The translations under genes and the position numbers were made by a program. From contig CAVTRY010000023.1 in NCBI GenBank assembly GCA_963737265.1, positions 448,001 through 512,000 of the forward strand: DNA of 64,000 nucleotides, given 5' to 3'. Positions 61,556 through 64,000 of the stretch are shown piece after piece (the stretch's first letter is position 1; every line of letters starts with the position of its first letter). Source of the stretch: an uncultured delta proteobacterium (lineage in GTDB: Bacteria; Myxococcota_A; Polyangia; Fen-1088). The notes below the pieces were generated by a model. It did no database searches, had not been told where the DNA came from, and saw only the letters and a program-made list of their open reading frames with translations.

Positions 61556-62860
61556 TCAGGGTGCCAAGCTCGCGGCCGCGTTCACTGTCTTCCCGGCGCT
61601 GCTTAGGTTGATGGGTTCGCCGTTGAGCTTCACCTGCTTGAGCATGCCGAGCGACGGGTGCAAGCTCACTTCGACCGTCTTTCCTGCCCGCAAATCGCCG
61701 TCGTCGAGCGCAAAGACAGCCAACTGTCCGCGCTGCGGAATGGCGACGATCTTCTGGATTTGCGACCTGCGCTCGCTTATGACCTCGACGCGGAACCAGG
61801 CCGGAATGCGATACACGAACCCAGAGATCTCTTCGGCCTTGGCGCCGATACTCGCGGCAGGCGCTGCCTTGGCGCCAGCGTCTTTGCCATTGCTCGCAGC
61901 GCTGGGCCGCCCGGCCAATTCGTAAAGCGTGACGGTCAGCTCTGGCAAGGGCGCCTTGACGTCGATTTCGGCTGCCGCAAGCGCAGCTCTGACGGCTGGG
62001 TAGGCCGGACAGTCTCCCTCTGCTTCGGAGATCTTGAAGGCGCTTTTCGACGACGGGTCGAGCAGGCACGTGACGGGCACGCTCACCGTCTTGCAAAGCT
62101 CGGCATCCAGCGCGGCGATCTCGGTACGCAGTTTGCCCTTGAGCGCGAGAATCTTATCGATCTCGGTACTGGCGCCCGCGGCCGCCGGCGTGGCGTTGCC
62201 TGTCGATGCCGCTGATGTCTGCGGCGACTTATCGGCAGGCGTTGCGAGCGCGAGCGGAAGCTCGCCGCTCGCAAGACTGACAATCCTCTCATCCAGCTTC
62301 GCCATCACGGCGTCTAGAGCCACCCGCTGCTTAGCGTTCTCGTGCCGCCGGGTGAGCTCCGGCGTCTCGCCCGCGGTGGCGAAGGCCTTCGCCACCTTGG
62401 CTAGGGTTTCAAGGCCCCAAGTGGCGAAGCCAAGGGACTGGTCGGCTGTCGTCGCCTGCGAGGAAGTCAGCTCGCCCTTCTCGCTGAAATTTGCATTGAA
62501 CGTGGTTTTCATCATGAAGCTGCCGGCCGATCGAATGATGAAGGCGGCGGCAGGATCGGGAATGGCGATGGTATCGAGTTTGACCTGGTCGAGGGTGCTG
62601 TCTGCTTCTGCCAGCTCCAGTTTCGCGCAGCTGGCCGCAGTGGCAGCACAGGTCGGGGCTGGACGGAGGGTCAATTTAAGCGTGAAGTCGGTCTGAAGCA
62701 GCGCTTGGGGCAGCTGATAGACTGCCCCGTTCACGCGTTCGCCATGGCCGGGTACATAGGGCCGAACGCGCACGATCGGCGCACACGCGATCACTCCATT
62801 GGCCAGGCCACCCACTAGGAATACAGCCAAGGTTGTGCATGCAAGATTAGATGAACACAT
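61556..62860 (-). CDS. Putative lipoprotein of unknown function (DUF4831-like pattern)
   Basis: VIAC lipobox-like site; YQLP, AIPDP, VYRIP and IPQRG motifs with a central coiled coil. Confidence 0.6.
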   Translation of the reverse strand: MCSSNLACTTLAVFLVGGLANGVIACAPIVRVRPYVPGHGERVNGAVYQLPQALLQTDFTLKLTLRPAPTCAATAASCAKLELAEADSTLDQVKLDTIAIPDPAAAFIIRSAGSFMMKTTFNANFSEKGELTSSQATTADQSLGFATWGLETLAKVAKAFATAGETPELTRRHENAKQRVALDAVMAKLDERIVSLASGELPLALATPADKSPQTSAASTGNATPAAAGASTEIDKILALKGKLRTEIAALDAELCKTVSVPVTCLLDPSSKSAFKISEAEGDCPAYPAVRAALAAAEIDVKAPLPELTVTLYELAGRPSAASNGKDAGAKAAPAASIGAKAEEISGFVYRIPAWFRVEVISERRSQIQKIVAIPQRGQLAVFALDDGDLRAGKTVEVSLHPSLGMLKQVKLNGEPINLSSAGKTVNAAASLAP

Positions 62861-63353
62861 AGCGAATCCTTTCCACAGAGTCGAGCCAACCGCTTGTTAC
62901 CGTGCCATCCAAGAAGGACCCATCCACTTGGGGCGAGGCCAAGATCTTTTTCGTGCGAACGTCATACAGGTAGGGCAGTTCGTCGGGGTCCACGCCGAAA
63001 TTCAAGACGTGAAGGTCCGTGGCGAGGAAGCCAAAAGCAGGAGGAAGCCGATAGCCGTCGGGCGGCGGCTGGGTCATCAGACGAAAGGCGACGGCCACGC
63101 GCGCGGCGAAAGCCAAATCCTCGCAGTCGTATTGATTCTCGCAATAAAGATTCGGATCGGAACGAGGATCGCTGGCGAGAATCCCCGGAATGCAATCGGG
63201 ATGCACAAGGCGATACTTCCCCGTGTCGCCAAGCTGAAGAGCTCGGTCCATGGCCGTACTTTTCTTTGCGGTACTCTCCTCAGGAAAAGACCGCAAAAAC
63301 CAGCCTCGGACGCACTCCCTCAGAATTCCAGATTCCATGAAGGTCGCAGCCAT
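62847..63353 (-). CDS. Small papain-fold Cys-protease-like protein (Agglutinin_C/MOA-like)
   Basis: YDCEDLA...AFG...HVLNF...YD pattern. Confidence 0.55.
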   Translation of the reverse strand: MAATFMESGILRECVRGWFLRSFPEESTAKKSTAMDRALQLGDTGKYRLVHPDCIPGILASDPRSDPNLYCENQYDCEDLAFAARVAVAFRLMTQPPPDGYRLPPAFGFLATDLHVLNFGVDPDELPYLYDVRTKKILASPQVDGSFLDGTVTSGWLDSVERIRYVFI

Positions 63354-63476
63354 CCGCTCTTGGTCTCCGTGTGGGTGCCTCGACGTGGGCGTTTAGACCA
63401 CGGACAATCCCCGCGTGTCAACGCCAGTACCGATAGACACCGGTCGCGTACGCCTGACGGCGCCTTCGGCGCGCTA

Positions 63477-64000
63477 CTAGCTGGGTGAATCGGGAACCGC
63501 TTCGGCGCGCGCAGCGAAATAGTCGAGGATGGCCGCGGCCGCAGCGTGGTTGATGCCCGGAGCGGCCAGCAGTTGCTCAAGCGACGCTTCGCCGACCTTT
63601 CTCAGACTGCCGAAGTGGCGCAGTAGCGCGCGTTGCCGAACCGGTCCGATGCCGGCAATGCCGGACAACGCTGAACGCAAGGTGCGGCGTTTGCGCTGGC
63701 TGCGATGGAAACCGACCGCGAAACGGTGGGCCTCGTCGCGCAGACGAGCCAGTACGTACATCTCGGCGCTGGTCGGTCCAATCGGAATCGCATCCTTGCC
63801 GTGGGCAAGAAAAACTCGGTCGGGGCGAGTCGTTGCGGCCGCGGCCTTGGCTGGCGCATCTGCCGTAGCCTCACCCGTCGCTGGCTCCGTCGGGGCCTCG
63901 CCCACCAGCGAATCGCGCTCCTTCGCCAACGCAACGATGGGCAGCCCGGCCCCGGGCCGCACGTCCACGCCGGTATCCCGTGCCGCCGCCAGGGCCACGG
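63477..64000 (-). CDS. uvrC: Excinuclease ABC subunit C, 3' part (runs off the window)
   Basis: LAKE, RLRDEAHRFAV.FHR and HhH GIGPVR..LLRHFGS motifs. Confidence 0.95.
   Translation of the reverse strand, partial: VALAAARDTGVDVRPGAGLPIVALAKERDSLVGEAPTEPATGEATADAPAKAAAATTRPDRVFLAHGKDAIPIGPTSAEMYVLARLRDEAHRFAVGFHRSQRKRRTLRSALSGIAGIGPVRQRALLRHFGSLRKVGEASLEQLLAAPGINHAAAAAILDYFAARAEAVPDSPS

Overview
A GC-rich window with a gene content typical of Myxococcota (Polyangia-like): a Ser/Thr kinase, fibro-slime proteins with Cys-rich repeats, a vWA lipoprotein remnant and many lipoproteins. It holds housekeeping genes (PIN-PhoH, dinB, alkD, the 3' end of uvrC, carbonic anhydrase), two MnoP/OprB-like porins, a DtxR-FeoA/feoB metal-uptake operon with a readable promoter and operator, and a ~22 kb ABC-transporter-dependent (wzm/wzt) glycan locus with CDP-sugar and C-methyltransferase genes. 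The main result is a ~579-bp element present three times (5860-6439, 28702-29270, 49448-50026). It has 23-bp imperfect terminal inverted repeats starting GGGTGC, copy-specific 9-bp target-site duplications (perfect in two copies, 7/9 in the third) and no transposase. Its only cargo is a GxxExxY PD-(D/E)xK nuclease gene, which is bracketed by a second ~25-bp inverted repeat and has no stop codon inside the element. Several +1 single-base frameshifts look like long-read errors, and several genes are truncated or internally deleted. I saw no rRNA, tRNA or CRISPR array. All calls are made by eye; no database searches were run.
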